A DNA stretch of 64,000 nucleotides from the NCBI GenBank assembly GCA_918797485.1, contig CAKKNE010000005.1, positions 1,054,001-1,118,000 on the forward strand. Direction: 5' to 3'. This document shows, in pieces, positions 22,805-34,811 of this stretch. A program made the translations under genes and the position numbers. This DNA comes from Pelagomonas calceolata (taxonomy: Eukaryota). Under the pieces are notes generated by a model. It did no database searches. It was not told the origin of the DNA and was given only the letters and a program-made list of their open reading frames with translations. Each line of letters opens with the position of its first letter. Positions within the stretch are counted from its first letter, which is position 1.

Positions 22805-25800
22805 CTACGTGATCACCGTCGGCGACTCCATGCCCGTGAACTTCACCAACGACGACAGCTCCAAGGCAGCCTTCACCAAGTCGCCGACGACGTTCGCGCA
22901 GACCTCGTGCAGCGCACCGGTAGGAGGCACGTACTTCTCGATGTACATGCGCACCGTCGCGCCGGAGCCCGCCGTGCCCGACAGCCGGAAGATAACTCTG
23001 GAACCGTCCTCCATGAGGAAGCGGATGCCCTGGTTTTTACTGATAGAACCGTCAACGGGATCGAGGTACTCAAAAACGTCGGCCGTGGCAATCTTAGAAC
23101 CTTGCACGACGCGGCCCGTGTTCGATGATGTAGCCGACGTCATGGCGGCGAACATGGCCTGGGCCTTGGGCTTGTCGACCCCTTCGTAGTCGTACCTGCA
23201 GTAATAATTTCTGCCGTACGTCGCCCAGTGGTCCTTGACGATGCTTTCGACCGTTACTAAGGGTTTGCCTGGTGCGTTGTGCGCCGCCAAGATCTGCAAC
23301 CAAGCTAACACGGCCCAGAGGCCATCTTTTTCGCGGACGTGGTCTGAACCAGTCCCGAAGGACTCCTCGCCACACAGGAAGGGCGTGTAGTCCGTACCAC
23401 CAAACAGCGCTTTCGAGTCCATGAGGTTGCCGAAGAACTTCCAGCCCGTCGGCGTCTCGAAGAGAGCCAAATTCTTCGCCTGGGCGACGCGGTCGACGGC
23501 ACCGGAAGTAGGCATCGACCGCGCCACGGCCTTGATGCCGCCCTGGGCCGCGAAGAAGGGGATGCAGTCCGCGTGCGCCGCCAGAATAGCTAAACTGTCA
23601 GAGGGCGTGACGAAGAACTGGGTGCCTGCGTTGCGGGCGCGTTGGCGTCGCGTCGACGGCGTCGGAGCGGTGCCTTGCGTCGACGGCGTCGAGGCGACAT
23701 GATGACTCAATGAGGACGCCGGCACGCACCGAGGATCATGTTTCTATCGCCGTCACCGTCCGACGCCGCCCCCAACGACGGCACACCCTGAGACGAACCA
23801 ACAGGCTGGCCCAATCGGTCGACGCCCATCTTCTTCGTCAAATCCACCGCATAGGTCAAGTTCGGGTCCGCGTGGTGCCCGCCGAAGTCGTCCTTCGGAA
23901 CCGCGTTGATGAGACAAGAAGCCGGCTGGCCCAGCACGTCGCAGAACAGCGCCTTGGCGTAGGGCCCCGTGACGCCGTGCATGGCGTCGAAGCAGATGGA
24001 GAAGTCCGGTCTGTCTAAGAGCGCCTTGATGGCTCCGAGGTCGAACACCGTTCTGAGTAGATCGACGTGAGCAGCCACACCGTCGACGACCTCCACACTG
24101 ACACGTCGAGAGCCGTCTCGAGCCTCAATCACGGTCTCGCCCAACACCGAAGGATCCACATCAGGACACTCGGCACACATCTTTATGGACGTAATCGTAG
24201 TCGTGTTCTTGTAGATGGCGTTCGTCAGCTTCTCGGGCGCGGGCCCGCCGTTCTCGCAGTTGTACTTGATGCCGAAGTCCTCGTTGGGCCCGCCCGGGTT
24301 GTGCGACGCCGTCAGGATGAAGGCCCCGAAGACCTTTTTCCATTGGGGCCCGCCTTCCCGGATCAACGCCGACACGGCGGGAGTCGAGGCCAACCCATCC
24401 TTCGCGACCCACACCCTCCGCACACCGTTCGCCAGCGCGATCTTCGTGATGATGTTGATCGCGACGTCGTTGTAGTAGCGGCCGTCCCCACCGATCAACA
24501 GCGTCTGGCACTCCAAGTCGGCACCCGTACTACGAAGGGCGTCGAAGGTCGCCTGGACGAAGTTGTGCAGATATTTACCCTCCGTGAAGACGGCCGTTTT
24601 CTTCCTCAAGCCAGAGGTGCCGGGTTTTTGGCCGTCGATCGGCGCCGTTTTGAGGGTCGAGACTTTGAGCGCACCCAGGCCCGGCGCCGCCGTCAGGTCG
24701 ATCGTCGTGTTCTCATACCGTCCAGGAGGCAAGGTCTTGGGTTCATCAGATTCGTTTTTTATGGTGACAGAACCGACGAAGACGTTTTTCGAGGATAACC
24801 GCACGTCGCCCTTGACCGTTAACGACGAGCATGACTTGAGAGAAGGGGCGCTTCCTCCAATAAGGTTCGCTTCGAGCTGCTGCACTAGTTTGTACTTCTT
24901 GGAGTCCAGCGAGACAGAAGGGGCAGCGGTGACGCCTTCGGCCAACACGGGCACGGAGTTGACGCAAGCGTACGCATCCGATCTTAATAGCAATAGATCG
25001 TTGCACTTCTTGACGGGCGCGAAGCGCGTGCGGGGCACGACGATGGCCGTGGCGCCCTTGAAGCACTCGATGGCCGCGCCCATGGCCGTCTCGAGCTGGA
25101 AGACGGGCGTCGACGCGTCGTCCTTGGGGTCGACCTGCGTTGTGACGGGGTCGTGTCGATGGCGCGTCGCGTCGACAGCGTCACTACGTGGTCTCACGAA
25201 GACGCGGCAAGCGCACGGTCTTCTTGTTCTTGATCATCGGTAAAGGTACCACTCCACCATGAGCCGTCATGATGGCCTTGAGGGCCTCGAGGTCGATCCA
25301 GAGGTTGTTCGTGTTGAAGTAGCGGTGCTTGCTGATGTCCTGGAAGGCGTCCTCGTCCTCGTCGGGGCACTGCGCCGCCTCCCGCAGGATCAACTGACCC
25401 CCTCGCGACGCCAAATGCCCTCCCTTCTTGTCATTACTAGTACGTTCGCAGCATTCCATCATAAACGGCGCCTTGCTCTGGGCGAAATATGATAGGAGTT
25501 TGGGGTCTAGGGTGGCTCCTAGATTATCAGAGTTCGACACGAATAAATATTTGGATCCCTGCGCAAGCATAGAGTCGAGCGTACCACTACCCAACAAAGC
25601 GGCATATAAATCACCATGACCAGGGGGGCACCACTCGACACTGGGCTTCGTCGGCCAGAGGGCGGGCTCGAAGTTATCTCGGCGGATCTTCGGCACCTTG
25701 TTCTGGACGAACTCCAAGTTCGGGTCCGCGTAGAGCGCGGGGTACTTCTCGCGGAAGAAGGCCATCGTGTCGGCGGACGTGGCGAAGGAGTTCATCAATA

Positions 25801-26164
25801 CAAATTTGACGTTCGTCTGCAGGTCGTCGCGCATCTGCATGATTTGTTTGGCCGTGAGGTCCAAAAACGTGTCCGCGCCCTTCACCTTTAAGAGACTCTT
25901 GGCATAATCCAAGCCCATGGACGTGCCCAACCCACCATTGAGCTTGAGGACCACCGTTTTGGCTAGGAGTTGGGCGTCGGCTTCCGGGGCTTCGACATCC
26001 ACTAGCTTCGGGACGCCCGACGCCGGCGTGAGCTCGGACTCGGGGATCATGCCCGTGGCGCCGCTCGTGAGCGCATCGTAGGCGTTCTTAAACGCCGCCA
26101 CCGCGGCGTCCGAAAGCCCGTCCGCCCTCATCTTCGCCTCGAAGGGCGCGAAGTTGCCAGGCAT
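22805..26164 (-). CDS. UGP-PGM: UDP-glucose pyrophosphorylase / phosphoglucomutase fusion; exons 26164-25217, 25134-23730 and 23625-22805
   Basis: UGP motifs LKLNGGLGTSMG and WCPPGHGD; PGM motifs QKPGTSGLRKK, TASHNPGG, DGDGDRNM and CGEESFG. GT-AG introns 25135-25216 and 23626-23729 restore the frame. Confidence 0.95.
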
Positions 26165-26629
26165 GCTGGATTTGTGGCTGTCGTCGCTGGCTGTTTTTGG
26201 TGGTTACCGCAGCGATTGAGCAGCGGTTTCTTGCGCACGTGTGCGTAGACTAGCTGCGCTACGTGCTGCTGCACTTGGCGAGCTACCGCGGGTCCTACCG
26301 AGTGGATGCGCGGTGATTTCTAGTCGATGACAAGGCCAATCGATCACCGAAAATCGACCCGAAAGGATTCAGCCCAGAACTCATGAATAGGTGTGCGGGA
26401 GGTCTCCGGACTGTTAGCGGCAACCCATCCGGTTTTTAATGCAAAAAATACACCGGCGCGTCTCGCGGTCGAAGCTGGGCGAATCTCAGCCCGAGCAGGA
26501 CGCCAGTTACGACACCACACAACGGAACTACCCACTATGACGACGTCGTCGCGAGCTGGAACCATGCGGTGCAAATTGGAACCACGCGGTGCAAATCAGG
26601 GATCACAAAACAACTACGTTAAAAAACAA

Positions 26630-29427
26630 TCACGACGCCGGCAGCCCGAGCGCCTCGAGCAGTCGCGCCTTCAGCACGGCCTTCAGGCCCGACGTCTTCA
26701 GGCCCCGCGCCGCGAGCTCCTTCTTCAAATCCACAACCCGGAAGCCGTCGACCTGGGCCCGCGTCAAGGACGGGCCGACCGCGCCGACGAAGGCGTCGCC
26801 GTCGTCGTCGAACTCGAAGTCGTTTGTCGCTGAGGTGGCGCCCATCTCGTCGGCTACCGCTCGGAGAGGCGCCGGCGCCGGCGCCGGGGCCGCCCGGGCC
26901 CGCGCGCGCCTTGGAGCGGGCGCCGGAGCGGGCGCGGGCGCCCGCGCGCGCCGCCGGGGCGCCGGGGCCGGCGCCGGGGCCGAGGGCGCCGGCGGCGAAC
27001 CGGGCGGCCCGTCTTCAAATAACTTGCGCCCCTCTTTGAGCACCTCATCCACAAATTCGTGCGCCTGCTCCTGGGCCTCGTCGTCGGAGTCGCTCACATT
27101 TAATTTGTCGAAGCGCGAGTAGTCGAAGGCCGGCGTCGGGGCCGGCGCCGGCGCGGCAGCTGGCGGTGATGGCGTCGGCGTCGGCGCGTCCTCAGGAGGC
27201 GGCGTCGGCGGCGTCGGCGGCCGCAAGGGCGACGACGTCCGGTTGGGCCCCTTTGCCTTCCACGCCTCGGCTTCTCTCTTGACTGCGTCCTCATCAACCG
27301 AAGGCTCCTCAACAACAACTTTCGATGAGGGAGCCAGCGGCTCCATGAGCGACAGCGGACATTGAGGGGGAGGCACAACGGGAGGCTTCGGTGGATCGTG
27401 GTGCGCCTCGGCAAAGGACTGAGAAGGCGGCCCCGGAAACAGCCTCTCCGCCTCATCATGCGAGATGCACCCCGCCTCACTTAACCCTTTGAAGACGCCC
27501 GACGACCAGGGCAGCTTCGGCTTCTGAAGATGATCCAGGGTCTCCTGGAAGACTTTGGAAGCGTCGCACCGTTTTTGTGAAGGAGGAGGTTTTTGTGGCG
27601 GCGGCTTCTCGGGATACGGCGCCCCCTCTGTCACTTCTTCGTAGTCGACCGTGTCCCAGGGCCGGTCCTCCTCGGGGATGTATTTTCGCAGCACGGTCAC
27701 GATTTCTTGAAATGAAGGGAGTTTCTGGGGCCCCAGATCCTCCTCCGGTTCCAAGGGATAGTCTTCTTGTTCCTCTTGCGTTAAGCCCGTATCATGTATT
27801 AGTTCAGCGAAGGACTTCTGGGGTCTAGGTTCGTAGCCTTCCCGTGCCACGTAGAGCTCGTGGGACTTTCCTTGACAGTGGGCTATTCCTGGTAATAGTT
27901 TGAGTAGATCCAGAACAGTACCATGGGAACGGCAGGTCGCGCGCCTGCGACGGGCGACGGTGGATCGCGGCGAGGGCGTGGCGGTGAGTGATCGCATCGA
28001 CGCGACCGTGGCGTGGCGGTGGACGCGTAGCGCAACGCCGTCGACGCGGCGTCAGCGACGTCATCAACAATAAAAAAGGACGCCGCGCCGCGACCAGCCG
28101 GCGTCGTCCTCGACGATGCCACAGTCCTTGGTCAAGTCACAACCACAATCTAGTAATGCTGGTGTGACCAAATATCTACCCTGGACCTTGTGGAAGGTCA
28201 CGGCGAGCTTGGTGGAACCACGAAACGCCTCGCAGACCTTCTGACCATTCGAAAACTCGAGCTCTGCGTCGCACAACCATTGATAATTTTTCGGCGCTTG
28301 GCAATTCCGCCATTGATCGCACATGGTCGCTGCCGTCACGTCCGCATCCGTCGTCGTGACCACGAAACATCGACCCGGATCATGAGGATGGAAATCACCG
28401 AGCCTCTCATGCTCCGCGACCTCGTCGACTAATTTTGAGGTCACACCGTAAGGGCTCGATTCGCCAATCAAAAAGCCGCCGTGCTTGTCTTCGTGCCACA
28501 ACCCCTGCTGCGTGCCGTGGAGCTTCGCGGCGACTTTGACCCGCAGCACGCCTCTCTTTCTACTTAATGAGTGTAACACGTCCTCGGCCTTCTCGACCTG
28601 TGTGGAAACCAAATTTCAGGCGCCCCACGTTGTCTCCGTAGCTGCGTCTGCTCGATGGCGTGGAGGTTGATTTCCACACAGGCGGCGACGTCGACCTTGC
28701 CGGGCGCCATGAGCACGTAAGATTCCACTTTTTTGTCGTGGATGATGGCCTTCTCCTCCTGCAAGTCGGGGTACCGCGCGAAGGGGTCCTTGCTGTCGTT
28801 GATTTTGGGGCCATCATACTGAGGTCGGGACAGTGACGGTGATGTTATAGCTCTACATATTCTTTCGACGGCTTCCTTGGGATCCGAGGCCTTTGAGGAG
28901 GTCGTCCGTTGCGAGACGACGACGGTCGCGACGTCCAGTTGCCTTTTTAGCGTGCTTTCTAGTGCTTCGCAAGGTGCGGTTTCCTTCGCGAGGCACACGC
29001 ACACGACAAGTGCTTTCCGCGCGTTGAAGGCCCGCGGGCAGCACTCCGCGAAGACCAACGGATCGGCGACGCCCGTCGTTTCCAGGACGATCGTATCGAG
29101 GGGTACTTTTTTTTTTATGGCCGCGGCCATGAGTTCCCGCGTCCGTCGTTCCACATCGCCGCGCGGCGAGCAGCAGACGCAACCACCGCCAAAGTCGAAG
29201 ACGTTTGCCGTCGCTTCTTTGAACGCTAATTCTTTGGGCGGCTGTCTCGCGTGTTGGCCGAACTCTGACGAAAAACGATGTTCGAGTAACGCTACCTTGC
29301 GCTGCTGTTTGTGCAAGGCTGGTAAGAGGTGGCGTCGTATAAAGCGTGATTTCCCGTAGCCGATCGGGCCCGTCACGACAATCACGCAGCGGTCGTCCGG
29401 CAAAGGGTTGGCTATTTCCTCCGGCAT
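26630..29427 (-). CDS. CobW/COG0523 GTPase + Rieske-like domain + Pro-rich region + SAP domain; exons 29427-28690, 28597-28095 and 27944-26630
   Basis: GPIGYGKS, GGCVCC and IVLETTGVADP (COG0523); CRSHGTVLDL; C-terminal FRVVDLKKELAARGLKTSGLKAVLKARL (SAP). Both introns restore the frame. Confidence 0.75.
28598..28681. mobile_element. Introner element; intron 28598-28689 spliced on the minus strand
   Basis: TIRs ctgtgtggaaacc...gatttccacacag; interior similar to the 3098 copy; target duplication decayed (4/8). Confidence 0.88.
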
Positions 29428-29776
29428 GGTTGTGTTGCGTGTGTTGCTCGCAGCGGCGGCGGGCGCAGGCGTCGCAGACGTGGGCGAGCGGCTTCGGGCT
29501 ATCTCTTAGGATTGTTTTCGCGCTGTCAGCGCACAGCTTTGGCCTGATGAGCGACCAAAAAGCCGAGCTCTCGTGCATCCTAGAGTGTTACATGACGCTA
29601 GCAACGTCGCGGGTGCAGCTTGCATCTGCTGTGTGCTCGCACCAGCTGAAGCACCGAACGAAGCAGGATCGATAATCGATCCCACACGTCGCGTAGAGCC
29701 ACTTCGAGGCGCAGTCTGCAAGCTTTTACAGCGGTAGCACCCGCTGCACACACTGCGTGCTCATACTGCAGCAGCC

Positions 29777-30604
29777 ATGCGCGCGTTCCTCCTCATAGCT
29801 GCAGCGCTGCAAGCAGCAGCCTTCTCACCCCCTCGCGCAGCACTCAGCTACAAACAGCAGAGTGCAACGAGTGCAACAGCGACGTTTGCACGCGGCGGCG
29901 CACTCGCGGCCGCGACGCGCGACGAATTGATTGGAGAGGCCACTGGCACAGCAATACTACTCACGTTTGGCTACGGCGCGGTGGCCACGTCCGCCATCGA
30001 CGGCGCATTGACGCTGTCGGGCGTCGCGGCGGTCTGGGGATTGGGCGTCGCGCTCGGAGTGCTCGCGTCGAACGACCTCTCCGGAGCCCACTTGAACCCG
30101 GCGGTCACAGCTGCGTTAGCCGCGACCCAAAAATTCCCCGTCAAAAAGGTCGTACCTTACATTGGCGCGCAGCTCGTGGGCGGCATGGTTGCCTCTGTTC
30201 TGACGAGCGCGACGAGAGGACTGGCGCTCGCGGCGCCGGCGCCGTGGATCATGGGCTTCCCGGGCCTGACTTCGGCGCGCGCGTGCTTCATCGAGGGCTG
30301 GACGACGGCCATCCTCGCGACCATGGTCGTGGTGACCGGGGGACGGCGCCACGCCAGCACCGTGCCTGGCAAAGGTGGACCGTTCATCGTCGGCGCCACA
30401 GTCGCGGGAATGATCTGCCTCGTCGGACCGCTGACGGGCGCGGGCTTCAACCCGGCGCGCGACCTGGCGCCGCGGCTCGTCGCGTTGCTCTCGGGCGGCG
30501 CGGGCGCCTTCCCCGCGGGCTGGTGGATCTATAGCGCGGGACCCGTCGTCGGCGCGGTCCTCGGCGCGGCGCTCTGCCTGCGGTGCCTCGGGTCGGACAA
30601 GTAA
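29777..30604 (+). CDS. MIP family aquaporin/aquaglyceroporin, probably plastid-targeted
   Basis: SGAHLNPAVT and GAGFNPARDLAPR NPA boxes; signal peptide ending AAAF. Confidence 0.93.
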   Translation: MRAFLLIAAALQAAAFSPPRAALSYKQQSATSATATFARGGALAAATRDELIGEATGTAILLTFGYGAVATSAIDGALTLSGVAAVWGLGVALGVLASNDLSGAHLNPAVTAALAATQKFPVKKVVPYIGAQLVGGMVASVLTSATRGLALAAPAPWIMGFPGLTSARACFIEGWTTAILATMVVVTGGRRHASTVPGKGGPFIVGATVAGMICLVGPLTGAGFNPARDLAPRLVALLSGGAGAFPAGWWIYSAGPVVGAVLGAALCLRCLGSDK

Positions 30605-30728
30605 TTTGTTTAGGATGTACAACGTCGGGCTTTGACGCGTCGACGTCGCGGCGAAGCGTTCGCGGCGCGCGCAAAGTACTAAGTAGTATGATTGAATTCA
30701 AGTTTGTAGTTTGACAAAGTTCCTTAGA

Positions 30729-32133
30729 TTAAGAGTCCTCGCGGAGTTCTCGGACGGCCTTGACCTTCTCGAGGGCTCTCTCATAACCGGTCTCCCCCTC
30801 GGCTGGCAGGAGGTTGCCCCCGAACTGGGAGGACAGCCACTCGAGCGCCTCTTCGTCGGTATCGGCGTCGAGTAATCCCTGCGGAAACGGGGCCTGGCGG
30901 AAGCTCTCCCGCGCGGCGCGGAGTTGGACGTGCTGGGCGTCCGGGCCGACGAGCGCGCGCGCGCCGCCGTTCTTCATCTCCTCGGCATAATATTTCAAAG
31001 ACAGCGCCATCGCGGCGCGCGTCGGCGAGCCGTGGGCGCCGAACGCCGGCGCGAAAAAACGGTTGTAGTCCCGCGTGTCCATGACCGCGGTGTCGTTGCC
31101 GTCGCGCCCGGCGAGATAAACGAGCCCCTCGAGCGCGCCCTCGTAGCCAGCGGCGCGCGCCTTCGCCGAGAAGCGCCGCACAAAGTCGAGCGTCTGGCCC
31201 AGAACAATGACCTGCGCGGGGATACGCGTGAAAATATTGTCGCCGGTTTGGACTCTCTCGAGATCACAGATATTTCCACTCTCGTAGTACCCGCCGCCGC
31301 ATGATCTTGCTCAGCGTCCCATTATTCGCCAGGAGCGCCGCCGCCGCCGCCGTCGCGGAGGCCCAGGGCGTATCAGCGAGCGCCTGGCAGCTCTCGACGG
31401 GCGGCGGGCGGTCGTTGTGACCCAGCCAAAAATTGAGCGCGCGGAGCTCGCTGACGCCGCGCAGCTCGAGGCGCGCGAGGACGTCGTCGAGCTCGACGAA
31501 CTGGTAGAAGAAGTCGCCCGTCTGCTTGGTATTCTCCAAGCAGGCGACCGATCGCACACAACCGTAGGCGAGCTGGTCCTTGTCGAGGCCCATCAGTGCG
31601 ACACTCGCGGCCGGGTACGGGGTCCCATTGATCGTCACGCTCTGCGTGAGCCACGTGCCGCCGGCCTCCGCCTCGGACGACGCCGCGTGACACAAGTGGC
31701 AGTAAATGCCCATCGCAGTGCAAAAGTGTTGCACGCGCTCGCGAAACCTCCGGAACTCGTCGCCGAGCGCGTCTCGATCGAACCACTCCGCGCCTCTCCT
31801 ATATCTAGCTTCGCTGTCCTCGGCGGGCACGTTGACGCCCAAGGCGCGGGCGCGGAGATGCGCTTTCCCGAGTTTCCCAGCGCCCGGAGCCGCGTGCTGC
31901 CCGTCGATAATAACCGCGGGTTCCGCATTCGCTAACACCGCCGCCACGACGCGGAGGCCGACGGTTTTGACCGCATCATTGACACTCTTGCCTGGCTCAA
32001 ACTTCGCCTGGTTCGCGGCATCGATGACCACGACGTGTCCGCTGCAGACATCCAACACATCGTCGTGATCGGAAGTCTGTATCACGGCGCGCTTGCCGCA
32101 AAGGAGCTCCCAAAGTGTTAAACCAAAGGTCAT
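30729..32133 (-). CDS. Divergent XPG/FEN1-family 5' nuclease; exons 32133-31291 and 31211-30729
   Basis: LWELL, VVVIDAAN, PAVIIDG, AMGI...SEAEA, GLDKDQLAYG and LDDVLARLEL...WLGHND follow the FEN1/XPG motif order. GT-AG intron 31212-31290 joins the ORFs in frame. Confidence 0.65.
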
Positions 32134-32276
32134 TTTTGGGCTTGCTCACAAAAAACCAAGGCAAAAGGGACGGGGTTCCCCGCTGCAAATAGGGCGGGCG
32201 TAGAAGGCAACGGTAGCTTGTGAAGAATACTTAAAGAAGACAGTTCAAGTATCAACAACAGACAGTCGCCCCGCGC

Positions 32277-34411
32277 CTACGTGGTGGCGACGGCAGCATC
32301 CCTAGCGCGCTTCGCGCCCGGCGCCGCGGCGACCGCGTCGGGAGCCTTGCGCTTGCCAACGACGCCAGCGACGGCGTCGAGGAGCGGCGAGATGTTGTCC
32401 GCGGGCGCGTCGCGCTCGCTGAGGACCTCGAACTCCTGGTCAGGATAGAGCGCCTCGGCCATCGGACGCGACACGCGGAGCCAGAACTCGACGAGCAGCT
32501 CGTTCGGGTTGTCCGGGTCGATGGTCGCGACCGGCTTGGCGCCGAGGTCGACCTTGGATGCCCAGTCGGGCTCGAGCGGCCCGAACTTGAACAGCACCTG
32601 GGGCAGGCCGTCGGCGAGGCGGCCGCGCTTCGGCTTCGGGCGCGCGGCGGGAGCGGGCGCAGCGGCGGGCGCGGGAGCCGGCCCGGCGTGCGGGCCCGCC
32701 GGAGCAGGCGCGGGCACCGCGACGCCGGGCGCCGGCGCCGGCGCGGCGCACTTCTGCGAGGCCGCGGCAGCCCTGAAGTTGCCGACGAGCGACCGCGCCC
32801 GCGCCGCGAAGTCGTTCATGCACGCGAAGCGCATGAACGCGTTGCCCTCGTAGTCGGCGTTCGCCGCCGCCCACGCTTCTTCGTCGACGCCCTCCGGACA
32901 CGGTCCCAGCCCCGCGTCACCGTCCTCCTCGTCGTCGTCGGACACGGTCCCGCGCTTTGGCGCCTCGCCCGGCGCCCCGTCGAGGGAGCGACCGTCGATC
33001 TGGTCGACGATCCTATTAACAAACTCGGCCACGTCGTGGCCGTTCAGCCCTAAATCAACAATAACGCGCCGCAGGCACGCCAGCGACTTCTCGACGCCCC
33101 GGACGAATTTAGAGTAGTGGACTTCGTGCGAGTTCGCAGCGTTGGACTTGGTCCGGAGCCGCTGCTCGCGGTCCGCCTCTGTAATCTTCGGCGGCGTCAC
33201 GTTGATGAACAGGGGGCGGTACAAGCCCCGACCGACGACCAGCAGCATCGGCTCGCCGTCCGGGCGCAGCGTGAGGAGCATGGAGCGGCCGCTGTCGAGC
33301 TGCTTGACCTTCTTCGCTAATCTAAGGTTGCGAACTGTGCGTAAATCAAATCTGAGGTCGAGTTGGCGGCGCACGCGTTTCTCTAATACATATAGATCGA
33401 CACGGACCGCTGTTTTATTGGACACAGGTCGCTACCCTCCGAGAGAGCCGTCGGCCGGACCCGCTTGTAGAGCTCGGTCTGGCGTTCCGGCATACAAATA
33501 ACGCGGGAATCGACCCTAATCTTTTGCTGGGCCTCGACGGCGTCCGCGATTTCTTTCAATTTGCCGGAACTACGATCAACGCGCAGTCTCGACACGAAGG
33601 ACCCAGGCGCCTTTGTGAGAGCGACAGGGGCCTCCAGGACGCCATTCTTGCCGCCATACGCGTCGAAGCGCCGCTCGTGCGCCTGCTCGCGACCGCGCCT
33701 CGACGCCGCGCGCCGCGGCGTCGCCATCTTGTCCATCTCGGACTCATAATACTCCTGGAGGTGGCCCTCCATCACGATCGCGCGCTCGTTCTTGGCGTGC
33801 TGCGCGTCCCACACGCCGGCCGCGTGGCCGATGAGCTCGTTCGAGACCAAGCAGTAGCCCTGTTCCGGGACGTTGGTCGCCCCAACTGACTCGACGATTC
33901 CGACCCTTTCCTCGAAGGACGCCTCCGTCGACTCAAAGGCCTCGAGACAGGCGCACTCCTCCAGGCCCTCGAGCTGCTGCTGGGGCGTCGCCGCCGTCGT
34001 AGCGACCCCGCGCTGTAACTCGAGCACGAGCCGCTGGCCGGAGACCGTCAGCGTCGGCAGCGGCCGCGCGGCGTACGTCACGCGAGCCTCGCGCATGTCG
34101 GCGACGGAGGGTAGGTTCTTGCCGTGGGCATTCCCTAGGCGCGCTCTAGCAGCAATGCTCTCGGTGCTCGAGCTTCGCGCTTTGACAGCATCGTACACGG
34201 CGCGCAGCGGGTCGCCTTCGGGGCGCGCGTCATAGAACGCTTTCAATACCTCAAGCGCTCTAGTGTTACCCTTTACTGAAGTCCGGGCCTTGACGATGAT
34301 CGCGAGCTGTGTGATCGAGCCCACCGAATCGTTTTCGCCCGCGAATTCTAGGACCTCCCGGCAGGCAGTCTCGCGCCGGTCCTTTTCCGCTTGTGATAAT
34401 GGAGGCGGCAT
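32277..34411 (-). CDS. Hypothetical protein; exons 34411-33436 and 33334-32277
   Basis: Two overlapping ORFs are joined in frame (PTALSE-V-RNLRL) by removing introner intron 33335-33435; C-terminal NLS-like KRK/KRAR. Confidence 0.7.
33335..33427. mobile_element. Diverged introner; intron 33335-33435
   Basis: Minus strand reads gtagcgac-ctgtgtccaat...gatttacgcacag-ttcgcaac, with the donor exactly 8 nt before the TIR. Confidence 0.8.
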
Positions 34412-34811
34412 CGTCGCCCGCCAGACGATCGCGGGTCGCGCGGCGGGCACCTTGAACGCCCTGGCGCAGCTTGCTGTCAGCACCAACCCTAGCAAGCTGC
34501 GCCGCCCACTGGTTCCGCTGGCAGACGTCGTCTTGTCCGCTGCCCTTGAAACGAACGACGAGCCTCCGGCGCAACGCGCCGAGCGCCTCCTAGCAGCCGC
34601 AACTTTTGCGGACACAAGGATCCTAGTATCTTACAGCCGCTAGCTCACGCGGGAGAGGCAGCGCCTTTTTGGGCTGCGCTAGGTCCTAGCATCGCTCGGC
34701 CTGGCCGCAGAAATTATTTTTGACATCTCAGCACTGCTGAGAAGCGCTCTCAGAAAAAGCGCACCGTGCCGCTGGCCAGCAGTCCAGCCTTTGCCAGGGT
34801 GACCCCCAACC

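Noticed and set aside
31264..33425. Apparent frameshifts or pseudogenes at ~31290 and ~33400
   Set aside because: GT-AG introns 31212-31290 and 33335-33435 restore the frames.
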